From positions 1,761 through 65,760 of the forward strand of contig WRFR01000005.1 in NCBI GenBank assembly GCA_009778715.1: a stretch of 64,000 nucleotides of DNA, in the 5' to 3' direction. Positions 56,261 to 64,000 of this stretch are shown piece after piece. Position 1 is the first letter of the stretch. Every line of letters begins with the position of its first letter. The notes beneath the pieces are model-generated. The model saw nothing but the letters and a program-made list of their open reading frames with translations. It ran no database searches and was not told the DNA's origin. A program made the position numbers and the translations under genes. The DNA comes from Coriobacteriia bacterium. GTDB lineage: Bacteria; Actinomycetota; Coriobacteriia; WRKU01; WQUG01.

Positions 56261-56665
56261 ATGGCAGAGGGCAAAAAGAAAGCTCCGTTGGTCAGACTCA
56301 TTATTCCGGCGCTCCTTGCCGGGATTCTCTACGGGTTACTCTTTTTCCTGCGTGGGTTTTTCTTTTTTGATAAGGGACTCTGGATGACTATCACCTTATT
56401 TTGTGCTGGGGCAGTAGCTGTGTTGATGTTTGGCGCTGTGAGCAAGTCAATCGGGGTCACCATCCTACGCGGCTTTCTTTTCGGTTTTATCGCGATGATC
56501 ATCCTGCACTTGATGCTCTGGGTGTTTAATGATGCTGGCAGTTTTGGAGACGTTTTTTCCTGGGGTCTTATGTATAGCATAGTGTTTTCGATAGCGGGCA
56601 TTCTTCTTGGCGCCATCGGCTATGGAGCGAAGCGCCTTTTCAGTCTCTTCCAAAAGCAAAGATAG
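56261..56665 (+). CDS. hypothetical small polytopic membrane protein
   Basis: It is ~134 aa with 4 TM helices and an RBS. It is a paralog of the fragment at 55662-55733. Confidence 0.4.
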   Translation: MAEGKKKAPLVRLIIPALLAGILYGLLFFLRGFFFFDKGLWMTITLFCAGAVAVLMFGAVSKSIGVTILRGFLFGFIAMIILHLMLWVFNDAGSFGDVFSWGLMYSIVFSIAGILLGAIGYGAKRLFSLFQKQR

Positions 56666-56813
56666 ACTTGCTATGGCTAAACGATTTGCATCTCTCTACC
56701 TCTTTTGCGAGGACGAGTTTAGTTTGAATCCAACAACAGAGACATTCAGATTGAACCAGTGATAAGTGCCGACACTCTGATAGTTTTGCAGGACCCGGCT
56801 GACAGGAGCGATA

Positions 56814-57395
56814 ATGCTTGAGAATTTCCAATCACCGGCACGGGCGATCTTTTTCGGAAACCTCCTGCTTGTGCTTTGTTGCGTGTTTTATCTGGCCTGG
56901 TGGTTTCTGGCTTTTCGTGTTAATAACCCCATAAAAGGCATACAGAGCGGATGGCTTCTCATACCGGCGGCCGTTGCGGGCCTGTCCGCAGTGGTCTTGA
57001 CGATCCAGGGAATTACTGCGACAAAAGCCGAATCCGCGCTGGTCCCGTCTCACGTCTTTCTGTGGGGCGGCGCCATCGCGTTCGTGATCCTGGCGGTGAT
57101 TACCGTGGTTGTGTTCAAGCGCCAGATGACTTCGGAACTGCTGCTCTTTGTTTTTTGGGGCGCGTTAGCCCTGGCGGAGGTAAACGTGCTATACGGATCA
57201 CAACAACTATCATCTGTTGCCGCCCTGGTGCTGACTCTCATCGTTGTCCTTGTTGTAGCTGCAAGCCTAGTCTGCTACGTGCTGTTTTACCGCCTGGAGC
57301 CCAGGCTGGCTTTCTGGGATGGAGCGATCCCGCTCCTGCTGATAGCGCTCACCATGGCCGCGCTATCAGTTTGCCTGGTCGCACACTTAAGGTGA
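56814..57395 (+). CDS. hypothetical polytopic membrane protein
   Basis: It is 193 aa with 5-6 TM helices. Its start region is duplicated at 55551-55601. Confidence 0.4.
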   Translation: MLENFQSPARAIFFGNLLLVLCCVFYLAWWFLAFRVNNPIKGIQSGWLLIPAAVAGLSAVVLTIQGITATKAESALVPSHVFLWGGAIAFVILAVITVVVFKRQMTSELLLFVFWGALALAEVNVLYGSQQLSSVAALVLTLIVVLVVAASLVCYVLFYRLEPRLAFWDGAIPLLLIALTMAALSVCLVAHLR

Positions 57396-57396
57396 A

Positions 57397-58755
57397 TCAA
57401 ACATTCGAAATGTCCTCGTCAGCAATGACCCGCTCCAATAGGGCGGGTAGGCTCTCTACCGCATAAAGTGGTACATCTATTGTAATGCTCCCGTCTTTAT
57501 TGTGGTTGACCTTATAATCCGCCAGAGAGAAGCGAATTGATACCGCGGGAGAGAATTTTTCCTGGAACACTTTCAGGCTCTTCGCTTTAAGATTGATCCC
57601 GGGCTTGACCTCAATAGGGAGGACTCCTGCAGGCGGCGCCGACTGGATCACAAAGTCAAGTTCAGCGTTTCCTGCGCTATTACTCCAATAATAGAGATCC
57701 GAGGGCCAGGTAGCAGTCAACTCCTGGGCAACATACTGTTCGGTCAGGGCTCCTTTACTCTTGTCGAACAGCTCAGTCCCATCAAGCAGGATCCGTTCAT
57801 CAATTCCAGAATGACATGAGAGAAGCCCTACATCATGCAAGAACAGCTTGAATGCCGTTGGGTCTTCGAACATCTTAAGGGGGTAGGTCGCCTGTGTGAG
57901 ATTATTTGCCCGGTACACTATGCCTATGTCATGCAACCACATGATACCCAGCTCGTAGTCACGACCGCGGGCGCCCTTTTTTATCTGGCCGTATACGAAT
58001 TTCTTGTTCTCTTTGGCGAGCTGGCGTGGAATGCTGTCAAGAAGCCATCTGATGCGGGGCACTTCTTTTGCCGGGGCATGTTTTGATAGGTCATTATCAT
58101 AAGTTTCGAAGATTGCTTCTTGCAGTGACCTGACTTCAGCAAAATCCTGTCGTGCCGCATAAGCTGCAACAACCTCTGGCATGCCGCCGACCAGAAAGTA
58201 ACGCTTGAGATAATCGTGCAAGGTCGAATTGAAGGCTTTCATGGAGAGTAAGCTGAGGTCTTGGAGCGGGGCAATAAAGCGGTCCTCACCCACGGCCTGC
58301 AAATATTCGTAAAAGGTCAGTGGATAGAGTCGCAGTGTGTTGACTTGGCCTACTGGAAAGGAAGTTCCCTGATGAAGCGCAATACCCATATGCGAGCCAG
58401 CACACATAAGATGGTACTCAGGAGCTTGTTCATTAAAATATTTGAGAGAGGTCAAGGCGCGCGGAACTTCCTGGACCTCATCAAAGATCAGGAGCGTCTT
58501 ACCGGGTTCTATGGCATGGCCCATATAAAGCTCGAGTTCAGGGAGAAGCGCATCAGGGGAAATGTTCCCGCTGAAGAGCGTCCGCATCCGTTCGTTTTTC
58601 GTGAAGTCTATATAGGCAGTGTTCTGATACGCGCTGTCCCCGAATTCCTTCATCAACCAGGTCTTGCCAACCTGGCGAGCTCCGGTGAGGAGAAGAGGTT
58701 TTCTCCGTGGGTTCTGCTTCCAAAGCGATAGATCATCGAGAGCATGGCGTTTCAT
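57397..58755 (-). CDS. AAA+ ATPase with C-terminal DUF4143 domain (COG1373 family), second copy
   Basis: Walker A is GARQVGKT and Walker B is LIFDEVQ. The start was set at MKRHALDD…, which has a GAAAGG RBS. Confidence 0.75.
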   Translation of the reverse strand: MKRHALDDLSLWKQNPRRKPLLLTGARQVGKTWLMKEFGDSAYQNTAYIDFTKNERMRTLFSGNISPDALLPELELYMGHAIEPGKTLLIFDEVQEVPRALTSLKYFNEQAPEYHLMCAGSHMGIALHQGTSFPVGQVNTLRLYPLTFYEYLQAVGEDRFIAPLQDLSLLSMKAFNSTLHDYLKRYFLVGGMPEVVAAYAARQDFAEVRSLQEAIFETYDNDLSKHAPAKEVPRIRWLLDSIPRQLAKENKKFVYGQIKKGARGRDYELGIMWLHDIGIVYRANNLTQATYPLKMFEDPTAFKLFLHDVGLLSCHSGIDERILLDGTELFDKSKGALTEQYVAQELTATWPSDLYYWSNSAGNAELDFVIQSAPPAGVLPIEVKPGINLKAKSLKVFQEKFSPAVSIRFSLADYKVNHNKDGSITIDVPLYAVESLPALLERVIADEDISNV

Positions 58756-58825
58756 AGCATAAGGCCTTTCTTTTCTCATATCGCTGTCTTGATCCTGTCT
58801 ACGATAACACATTTCAATGAAAATA

Positions 58826-58889
58826 TGTGGGATTTTGGCAATTATTCAATTGAATAATGTGGTGTTCTGGCAATTATTTGATTGAAAGT
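58826..58889. repeat. two tandem 32-bp imperfect repeats upstream of the second DUF4143 ATPase
   Basis: The units are TGTGGGATTTTGGCAATTATTCAATTGAATAA and TGTGGTGTTCTGGCAATTATTTGATTGAAAGT. They contain the palindrome TTCAATTGAA. Confidence 0.6.
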
Positions 58890-58919
58890 TCTTTCCTGTA
58901 CGGGATCTCTTGCTGTTGA

Positions 58920-59456
58920 CTACTTGCTGCCAGGCTTTGACGCGGTGATGAGGTAGAGGGAGTTGGGCGAGCCCGGCACTACACAGACGGTCGGCTCAGT
59001 AAAACCTGCTCGCGCAAGATAGCCGCGCAGCTCATCAGGGGCTGTGAAGTTACCCCTGTCAATCGCCTGAGCGAGCCCGCTCCAGAATCGGGAATGGAGT
59101 AGACCATCCAGGAGGGGGTCGCCAATGATCAGGCGCCCGCCGTCTTTCAGTACGCGAAACGCTTCCTGCAGTCCTTCCTGCTTGCTCTGCCAATGATGCA
59201 GGGAGAGGCTGGCGGTAACAACATCAAATGAGCTGTCCCCAAAAGGCAGCGATTCCGCCTTGCCGGGGATGAACGTGATGTTATGCCTGGTGTGTATCGG
59301 GCGATAGGTATCCACAGCAGTGAGAGTTGTCCGGGGCAATGAAGCAGCAAGTGCCTGAGTAAGCACCCCAGAACCAGAACCGATGTCCAGCAAGGTGCCC
59401 GGGTTGGGCTGTAGTGACAAGACGGCTTCCAATATTGATTGGTGTATTGGTCTCAT
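58920..59456 (-). CDS. class I SAM-dependent methyltransferase (Methyltransf_11-like)
   Basis: Motif I is LLDIGSGSGVLT and the post-I acidic residue lies in …TAVD…; a …LKDGGRLII… motif is also present. It is 178 aa. Confidence 0.7.
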   Translation of the reverse strand: MRPIHQSILEAVLSLQPNPGTLLDIGSGSGVLTQALAASLPRTTLTAVDTYRPIHTRHNITFIPGKAESLPFGDSSFDVVTASLSLHHWQSKQEGLQEAFRVLKDGGRLIIGDPLLDGLLHSRFWSGLAQAIDRGNFTAPDELRGYLARAGFTEPTVCVVPGSPNSLYLITASKPGSK

Positions 59457-59465
59457 CGTGCATCT

Positions 59466-60344
59466 TTAGTTTCTGGATAGCTCGTCTGCTCTTTTTGGAC
59501 GTTTGTCAAAGATTGCACTAAAAAGCGTTCGGATGGCGTGCATAGTGTCAGCGAAACTAATGTTAGCAGCGTAGTCGTATTTCTTCTGGTATCTTGCCCA
59601 ATGTTTTTGAATCGTATCGTTTGACTCGATATCACCTAAAATCAAGTTAGCATCTTTGAGCAAAGCGCTCGTGCCTCTATCAGCAGACGTGTTATCGTAG
59701 GCCTCTTTCAAAACGGAGTAGTCGATTTTTGTTGAGTATATATCACTGAGCGCGAAAAGATCATAGTAATCGCGCATACGCGTATTGGCGACGCCGCGTG
59801 ACAGTAAGGTTTCCAGTTTCTCTGCCAGAATTGTTTCCAGATTATAAGCCAACAATGAGATTTCTCGATCTTCAAAAAGCAGGCCATATTGATAGGACAT
59901 TTCGCGTGGAGTAATAACGTCATCAGTTGAAACGTCAATCCTCAAAGGTATCCTCATTGAATCGAGATGAGCCTCAAGAGTAATCCGAACTCCAGGGTAG
60001 TCCATCTCATCCATGATGGTTGCTGTTCTTTGTACCTCAAAAGCCATATTGTCATTTACCGGTATTGTGGCGATTTCTCTGATGATATCAGCAATCGTAT
60101 CTTCTGACAGAGGGAGGCCTTTGACGGTAGTGTCGATGTCAAAGGTTGACCTGTTGTCCAGACCGATCATGGAAGTGACCAGTACGTCTCCCTTAACTAT
60201 TATTTTGTCGTGATACTGAGACTGCGAAAGACGTTCAAGAAACCTCTCCATCGCATATGCGCGAATGATCATCTGCGCTTTGGCAGAATCCCCACCGGAA
60301 AGATTGCGTACCAACGCTTTGAGTTGCATAGAGGTTTGTATCAT
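59466..60344 (-). CDS. abiEii: AbiEii/AbiGii-family nucleotidyltransferase toxin (type IV TA / abortive infection)
   Basis: It has the DUF1814 nucleotidyltransferase signature (…GDVLVTSMIGLDNRSTFDIDTTV…). It is translationally coupled to the upstream abiEi. Confidence 0.7.
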   Translation of the reverse strand: MIQTSMQLKALVRNLSGGDSAKAQMIIRAYAMERFLERLSQSQYHDKIIVKGDVLVTSMIGLDNRSTFDIDTTVKGLPLSEDTIADIIREIATIPVNDNMAFEVQRTATIMDEMDYPGVRITLEAHLDSMRIPLRIDVSTDDVITPREMSYQYGLLFEDREISLLAYNLETILAEKLETLLSRGVANTRMRDYYDLFALSDIYSTKIDYSVLKEAYDNTSADRGTSALLKDANLILGDIESNDTIQKHWARYQKKYDYAANISFADTMHAIRTLFSAIFDKRPKRADELSRN

Positions 60345-60937
60345 TACAAAACGGCCTCCAGATAGTTCTGAACAATTCGGTCAAGAGAAAACTGTTTTGC
60401 GTAGCGCATAAGCAGCGGTATATTCTTATCTTTTCGCCTCAGATATTCTCTGGCAGCAGTCTGCAAGTCCTGGGTATCTCCCGAATTCCTCTTGCGAAAA
60501 AGATCGCAGATCGTTCTCTCTGCATTATAGGTTCTCACGGTATGGCCAGCTGGCGTGATGGCACTGGTAAGACCGAGTTCAAAAAGGTCGGGTTTGACTT
60601 TATGCACCCGTACTCCTTCACTGGTGAGAAGGGTCGCTCTGCTTCCTGCAGGCAGGGTAACGACATATCTGATTGGTCCACGTTCAGCAAGACCTAAGAG
60701 GTAGGCCGCAGCCTCATGTGAAAATACTGCCTGAGGATAACGATGCTGAATAATGAACATCCCATCATTCCAGGCATCAGGTGATCGATAAAAGCCGTGA
60801 GCAACGCGTTCGAGTTTGTGCTGCCGCACGTACTCGCCCAAATAGGTACGCGAGATTCCCAGAGAGACAACATCTGCAGTCCTCAAATAACCGTTGTTCT
60901 CTTTCAATAACGTATCTAGTTGCTCTCGTTTGCCCAC
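60344..60937 (-). CDS. abiEi: AbiEi-family antitoxin/transcriptional regulator
   Basis: It has an N-terminal AbiEi_4-like domain (…LLKENNGYLRTADVVSLGISRTYLGEYVRQHKLERVAHGFYR…) and a C-terminal domain. It lies upstream of abiEii. Confidence 0.7.
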   Translation of the reverse strand: MGKREQLDTLLKENNGYLRTADVVSLGISRTYLGEYVRQHKLERVAHGFYRSPDAWNDGMFIIQHRYPQAVFSHEAAAYLLGLAERGPIRYVVTLPAGSRATLLTSEGVRVHKVKPDLFELGLTSAITPAGHTVRTYNAERTICDLFRKRNSGDTQDLQTAAREYLRRKDKNIPLLMRYAKQFSLDRIVQNYLEAVL

Positions 60938-61125
60938 AGCACACCACCTTACATTTGTACCCTAATGATAGATGAAAAGAGTATATTTGTAAAGTATGGG
61001 ATACGCATAGAGAACCATGTTAATTCTCTGATACTTTTGCTAGGGTTTTGGCAGTTCCGAGAACAAACGAGACTACGAATAACATCACTGTAAAGTGATC
61101 AGGGCTGAGAAAATTTATTATCTTA

Positions 61126-61154
61126 TTGACAAAATGTAATGTTCTCATTACAAT
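61126..61154 (+). promoter_or_regulatory. sigma70-like promoter (TTGACA-17-TACAAT) with an embedded operator-like inverted repeat TGTAATG-N4-CATTACA
   Basis: The -35 element TTGACA is at 61126-61131 and the -10 element TACAAT at 61149-61154. The palindrome spans 61135-61152, upstream of the XRE gene. Confidence 0.45.
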
Positions 61155-61198
61155 ATTGATGTAATTAAGTCATTACTTTTTGGAATGGGGGTGCGACA

Positions 61199-61411
61199 TT
61201 GATTAAGAATCGGATCAAGGTTCTGAGAGCAGAACGCGACTGGACACAGGCTGACTTGGCTGAAAGAGCGGGGATCTCTCGTCAGGCAGTGATATCCATC
61301 GAAAAATATAAATACACTCCTTCACTGGAGCTGGCCTTCAGGATTGCTGAAGTCTTCAATGTTCCCATTCAGGGAGTTTTCAATTATGAGGAAGGCGAAA
61401 TCGATGGCTAA
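61199..61411 (+). CDS. short XRE-family HTH transcriptional regulator
   Basis: It is 70 aa with a TTG start and carries the HTH LRAERDWTQADLAERAGISRQAVISIEKYKYTPSLELAFRIAEVFNVPIQGVF. Confidence 0.75.
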   Translation: MIKNRIKVLRAERDWTQADLAERAGISRQAVISIEKYKYTPSLELAFRIAEVFNVPIQGVFNYEEGEIDG

Positions 61412-61726
61412 ACAAGTGATCTCGATGCTTATTTCTGTTGCTGCTCTTGTAATCATCTTAGGGCTCTCTTTTGGAAGAGAAAGAAGAATGCAGAGTATCA
61501 AGAGGATGAGCGCTGGCAGACTGTTCAGGAGGAAGCAAGTAACGTGGCGAATACTGTTGTCTTTATCGCTTTGCCATTATTGATAATTGGAGCTACGATT
61601 GCCGGGCTTGTTAATATCCAGATCACCATACCTTTAAGCCTTGTTGCTACATGCGGTATATTCTTTTTTGGCCTCCGCGATGCAGCGGAGTTCTTTGCTC
61701 TTAATTACTTCGACAAACAGTATTAG
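61404..61726 (+). pseudogene. small membrane-protein gene downstream of the XRE regulator, split into two frames (possible frameshift or two tiny genes)
   Basis: ORF 61404..61583 encodes MAKQVISMLISVAALVIILGLSF… and then a nonsense-looking tail. ORF 61544..61726, in the +2 frame, encodes a clean 2-TM peptide. The two overlap by 40 nt. Confidence 0.3.
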
Positions 61727-61974
61727 TGCGGAGTATCTGGCAGAATAAAAGTCAAAAGGACTTCTCTAAAACAAGATGGTGCGGGTGGCGGTAAAAGCAC
61801 CAGAGCCAGCGTTAATGATTATCTGCTGATCCCACCTTGCGCACATGGCGTTTGCGCTCATTGTTGATATGAGAGTCCCCACTACGAGTGATTAAATTCG
61901 GACGAAGCTGATTTGACTCGTGCGCATGAAGTCAGCCCCCATACCCCCAGGTGCCTTTAAGTTTGGCGCTATCT

Positions 61975-63288
61975 TTATGCGTCTTGGTCGAAAGAGATAT
62001 TCCTTTTTCTATAAAGGCTGAAGCCGCGCCTCTGCTCGACTTCTTCCAGCACTTGAGTGAGCGAAAGAGATCGCAAGTATTCTTGATCAAACAGGACATC
62101 TTCTGGGTCAATGAGTACACGGGGCCGCCATTTTTTTCCGTAACGCGCGAAGTTTACCCGCCGGTTCTCGCTCAGTGAAACCGGAATAGTATAGCTAGCA
62201 TCAGACGTGGCGATCTTGATCGCCTGTACTGAGCAAAAATACCCACCGCCTTGACTTACCGGGCGAGGAGCAAGGATGACTTCTGTTTCGTGAACATCTT
62301 TATAAGGGATCGTTATCGTGCGCCCCTGATAGGTAAGAGAGACAGAATCATCGTCGAACACCGCACTACCCTCATAATTAATAAATCGAAGCAGGAGCTT
62401 TTGAACACTGAACATGATAACAAGCGAAAAACCGATACCGATCGCAACATAAGCAAGGAAAACTGCAATCATCCAATACGATGAAGATCCGCCCACAACT
62501 TTTACTTGAATGAATGCAAGGAGAAAAGGCGTAATGCCGCCGATCACTACGCCAGCTATCATCCCATATTTCCAGAGCGGTCCCTGATGTTCATTACCAT
62601 ATTGAAATGGCAGGCTTGTTCTGGTTGGCATACTATCAGAGGAAAAGGCCAGAGGCGTCGCCTTGTTTTCAGGGATTGCTTCCAATAGCTCATATTTAAA
62701 TGGCGCCCATATGCTGGTGCTGATCTTGGCGAGTATTGCCTGGATTTCAGACTTTGGCAATCCCGGCCAGGAGATCAGCCCCCAGCGTTTTCCCGTTTGG
62801 TCAAATCCATCCAGCCTAAAGAGCCCGCTGTACGCATCATAGGGAGTGATGTCGAGTTTTTCCAGATAAGCCAAAGGGAAGGATATCGACCTTGTGGTTA
62901 CACTGCCGTTTTGCAAGGTGATGGTCTCTGTGCGATTCGCTTCTGAGCTGCGGAGTCGATAGGCTCTTTTAGTCTCAGGATTATAGACTCTGAGGAGTCT
63001 GAATGGCCAGGAAAGCCCGACCAACGCCAAGGTTACGATCAGCACTATGGGTACCGCAATAAGCATTGGAAGCGTCCGCCATTCGGTCACCATTCCAGCG
63101 GCAATAAAAAAGGCGCTGAAAAACGCCAGAAAGGACAGGACAAACAACCAGGCGTTTCGTTTGGCATATTGAGGGAGTAATGCTATTAGGGGAACGGCGT
63201 AGTGAACTTTGAGCTCCCATCCAAAAGGAGCATCGGTATAGGTCCACTCGCCTGACTTGAGCTTTGTTTTGTCTGCCCGTCGCGTCAT
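61975..63288 (-). CDS. hypothetical membrane protein with internal duplication (two TM-hairpin + soluble-domain modules)
   Basis: It is 437 aa with TM pairs at ~50-100 and ~245-295, each followed by a ~120-aa soluble segment. It has low GC. Confidence 0.4.
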   Translation of the reverse strand: MTRRADKTKLKSGEWTYTDAPFGWELKVHYAVPLIALLPQYAKRNAWLFVLSFLAFFSAFFIAAGMVTEWRTLPMLIAVPIVLIVTLALVGLSWPFRLLRVYNPETKRAYRLRSSEANRTETITLQNGSVTTRSISFPLAYLEKLDITPYDAYSGLFRLDGFDQTGKRWGLISWPGLPKSEIQAILAKISTSIWAPFKYELLEAIPENKATPLAFSSDSMPTRTSLPFQYGNEHQGPLWKYGMIAGVVIGGITPFLLAFIQVKVVGGSSSYWMIAVFLAYVAIGIGFSLVIMFSVQKLLLRFINYEGSAVFDDDSVSLTYQGRTITIPYKDVHETEVILAPRPVSQGGGYFCSVQAIKIATSDASYTIPVSLSENRRVNFARYGKKWRPRVLIDPEDVLFDQEYLRSLSLTQVLEEVEQRRGFSLYRKRNISFDQDA

Positions 63289-63490
63289 TTATCTCACATT
63301 CATCAAATTGGCTAACAATCATTATGCCGACAGAATAAGTATACCCACAATAACTTGCACGCCAACTTGCGCAGCGCAAGTATGCCAGTCAAAAGATGTT
63401 CGGTAGTAAAAATGCACAGCAAGTATTAGTAAATTTTACTTTTATAATAAAATTTGCTAATATATACTAAAGATTGGAGGACGAACGGTA

Positions 63491-64000
63491 TGGATCTTAC
63501 TGCAGTATTCAACCTGCCCGTAAAGAACATGGGAGCGATCGACCTTACAGGTCTTCCGCGTTTTTACGAAACTGATTTCGACATTGAGCGTATTCAGATC
63601 GGATTAACCGATTGTGTTATCATTGCGCCCAAAAGCATAGTCAATTTGCCTACGATTACAAAGATGGTTCAAACTCTTGAAGCTCGCGTTGATCTTCCCT
63701 GTGTAATCTCAACATCAAAGTTGAGCGACTATCAAAAAAAACAATTCAGAGAGCTGAATATCGCCTATATTATCTCGCCTCACAATCTTTACATTCCCTT
63801 TATCGGGCTTGAGATTCGACAAGCAAAGCGACAAAAAGAAAATATCACAAGTCTCTCCTGGCAAGCGCAATATACCGCACTTCATATCATTGATGGAAGT
63901 TGGCTGGGCTTTAGCGCCAGTGACATTGCGCAAGAAATGAAAAGGAGTCTGCCTAGTATCAGTAACTATCTGAAAGATATCGAGGCAACGGTATCGCAAG
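63491..64000 (+). CDS. hypothetical protein, 3'-partial (runs off the window end)
   Basis: A GGAGG RBS is 8 nt before the ATG at 63491, and the frame is open to the window end (MDLTAVFNLPVKNMGAIDL…). The C-terminal part (…GFSASDIAQEMKRSLPSISNYLKDIEA) is HTH-like. Confidence 0.4.

Noticed and set aside
63715-63999. A 94-aa ORF on the minus strand at the window end.
   Set aside because: The plus strand here carries an RBS-preceded ORF (63491 onward) that stays open to the window edge. I treat the minus-strand ORF as spurious.

Overview
This is a high-GC chromosomal segment of a Gram-positive actinobacterium. The evidence for that is sortase-type sorting signals, a Tad pilus locus without a secretin, and many GTG/TTG starts; a Coriobacteriia-like anaerobe is a guess. 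Housekeeping blocks alternate with several low-GC accessory islands.

Recognisable content, in order:
- A corrinoid uptake locus on the minus strand. A cobalamin riboswitch precedes a surface alpha/alpha-toroid protein, a DUF4430 protein, EcfT, a fused EcfA-EcfA' and an ECF S component.
- Two DUF4143/AAA ATPases, each preceded by tandem 32-33 bp repeats.
- serA and serC.
- A processive GT2 glycosyltransferase.
- A vWA lipoprotein, an XpaC-like protein and TelA.
- PadR plus a membrane partner.
- HigB/HigA.
- A low-GC operon of a PstS-like binding protein and an RsiV-like (DUF4163) protein.
- An LPPTG surface protein.
- A tRNA-Lys/Glu/Val cluster.
- mscS, purB and two tandem DegV genes.
- A NirJ/AhbD-like radical SAM/SPASM protein.
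- tRNA-Asp followed by an IS1634-like transposase candidate.
- A secreted hexa/hepta-heme c-type cytochrome.
- An M29 aminopeptidase, two DUF975 paralogs and ogt.
- A complete Tad/Flp pilus locus: cpaB, tadZ, tadA, tadB, tadC, two flp pilins, tadE/G-like pseudopilins, DUF192 and an FHA protein.
- A YtrA-like GntR-ABC operon, a flavodoxin and MarR.
- A 2-aminoethylphosphonate uptake and catabolism locus, phnDCEE plus a fused PhnX-PhnW.
- Small membrane proteins with a paralog remnant.
- A putative defence island: DUF4143 ATPase, SAM methyltransferase and AbiEii/AbiEi.
- An XRE regulator and further hypothetical membrane proteins.

The most notable system is the riboswitch-controlled ECF corrinoid importer. 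Its two surface proteins together resemble a split transcobalamin/intrinsic-factor-like B12 capture module.
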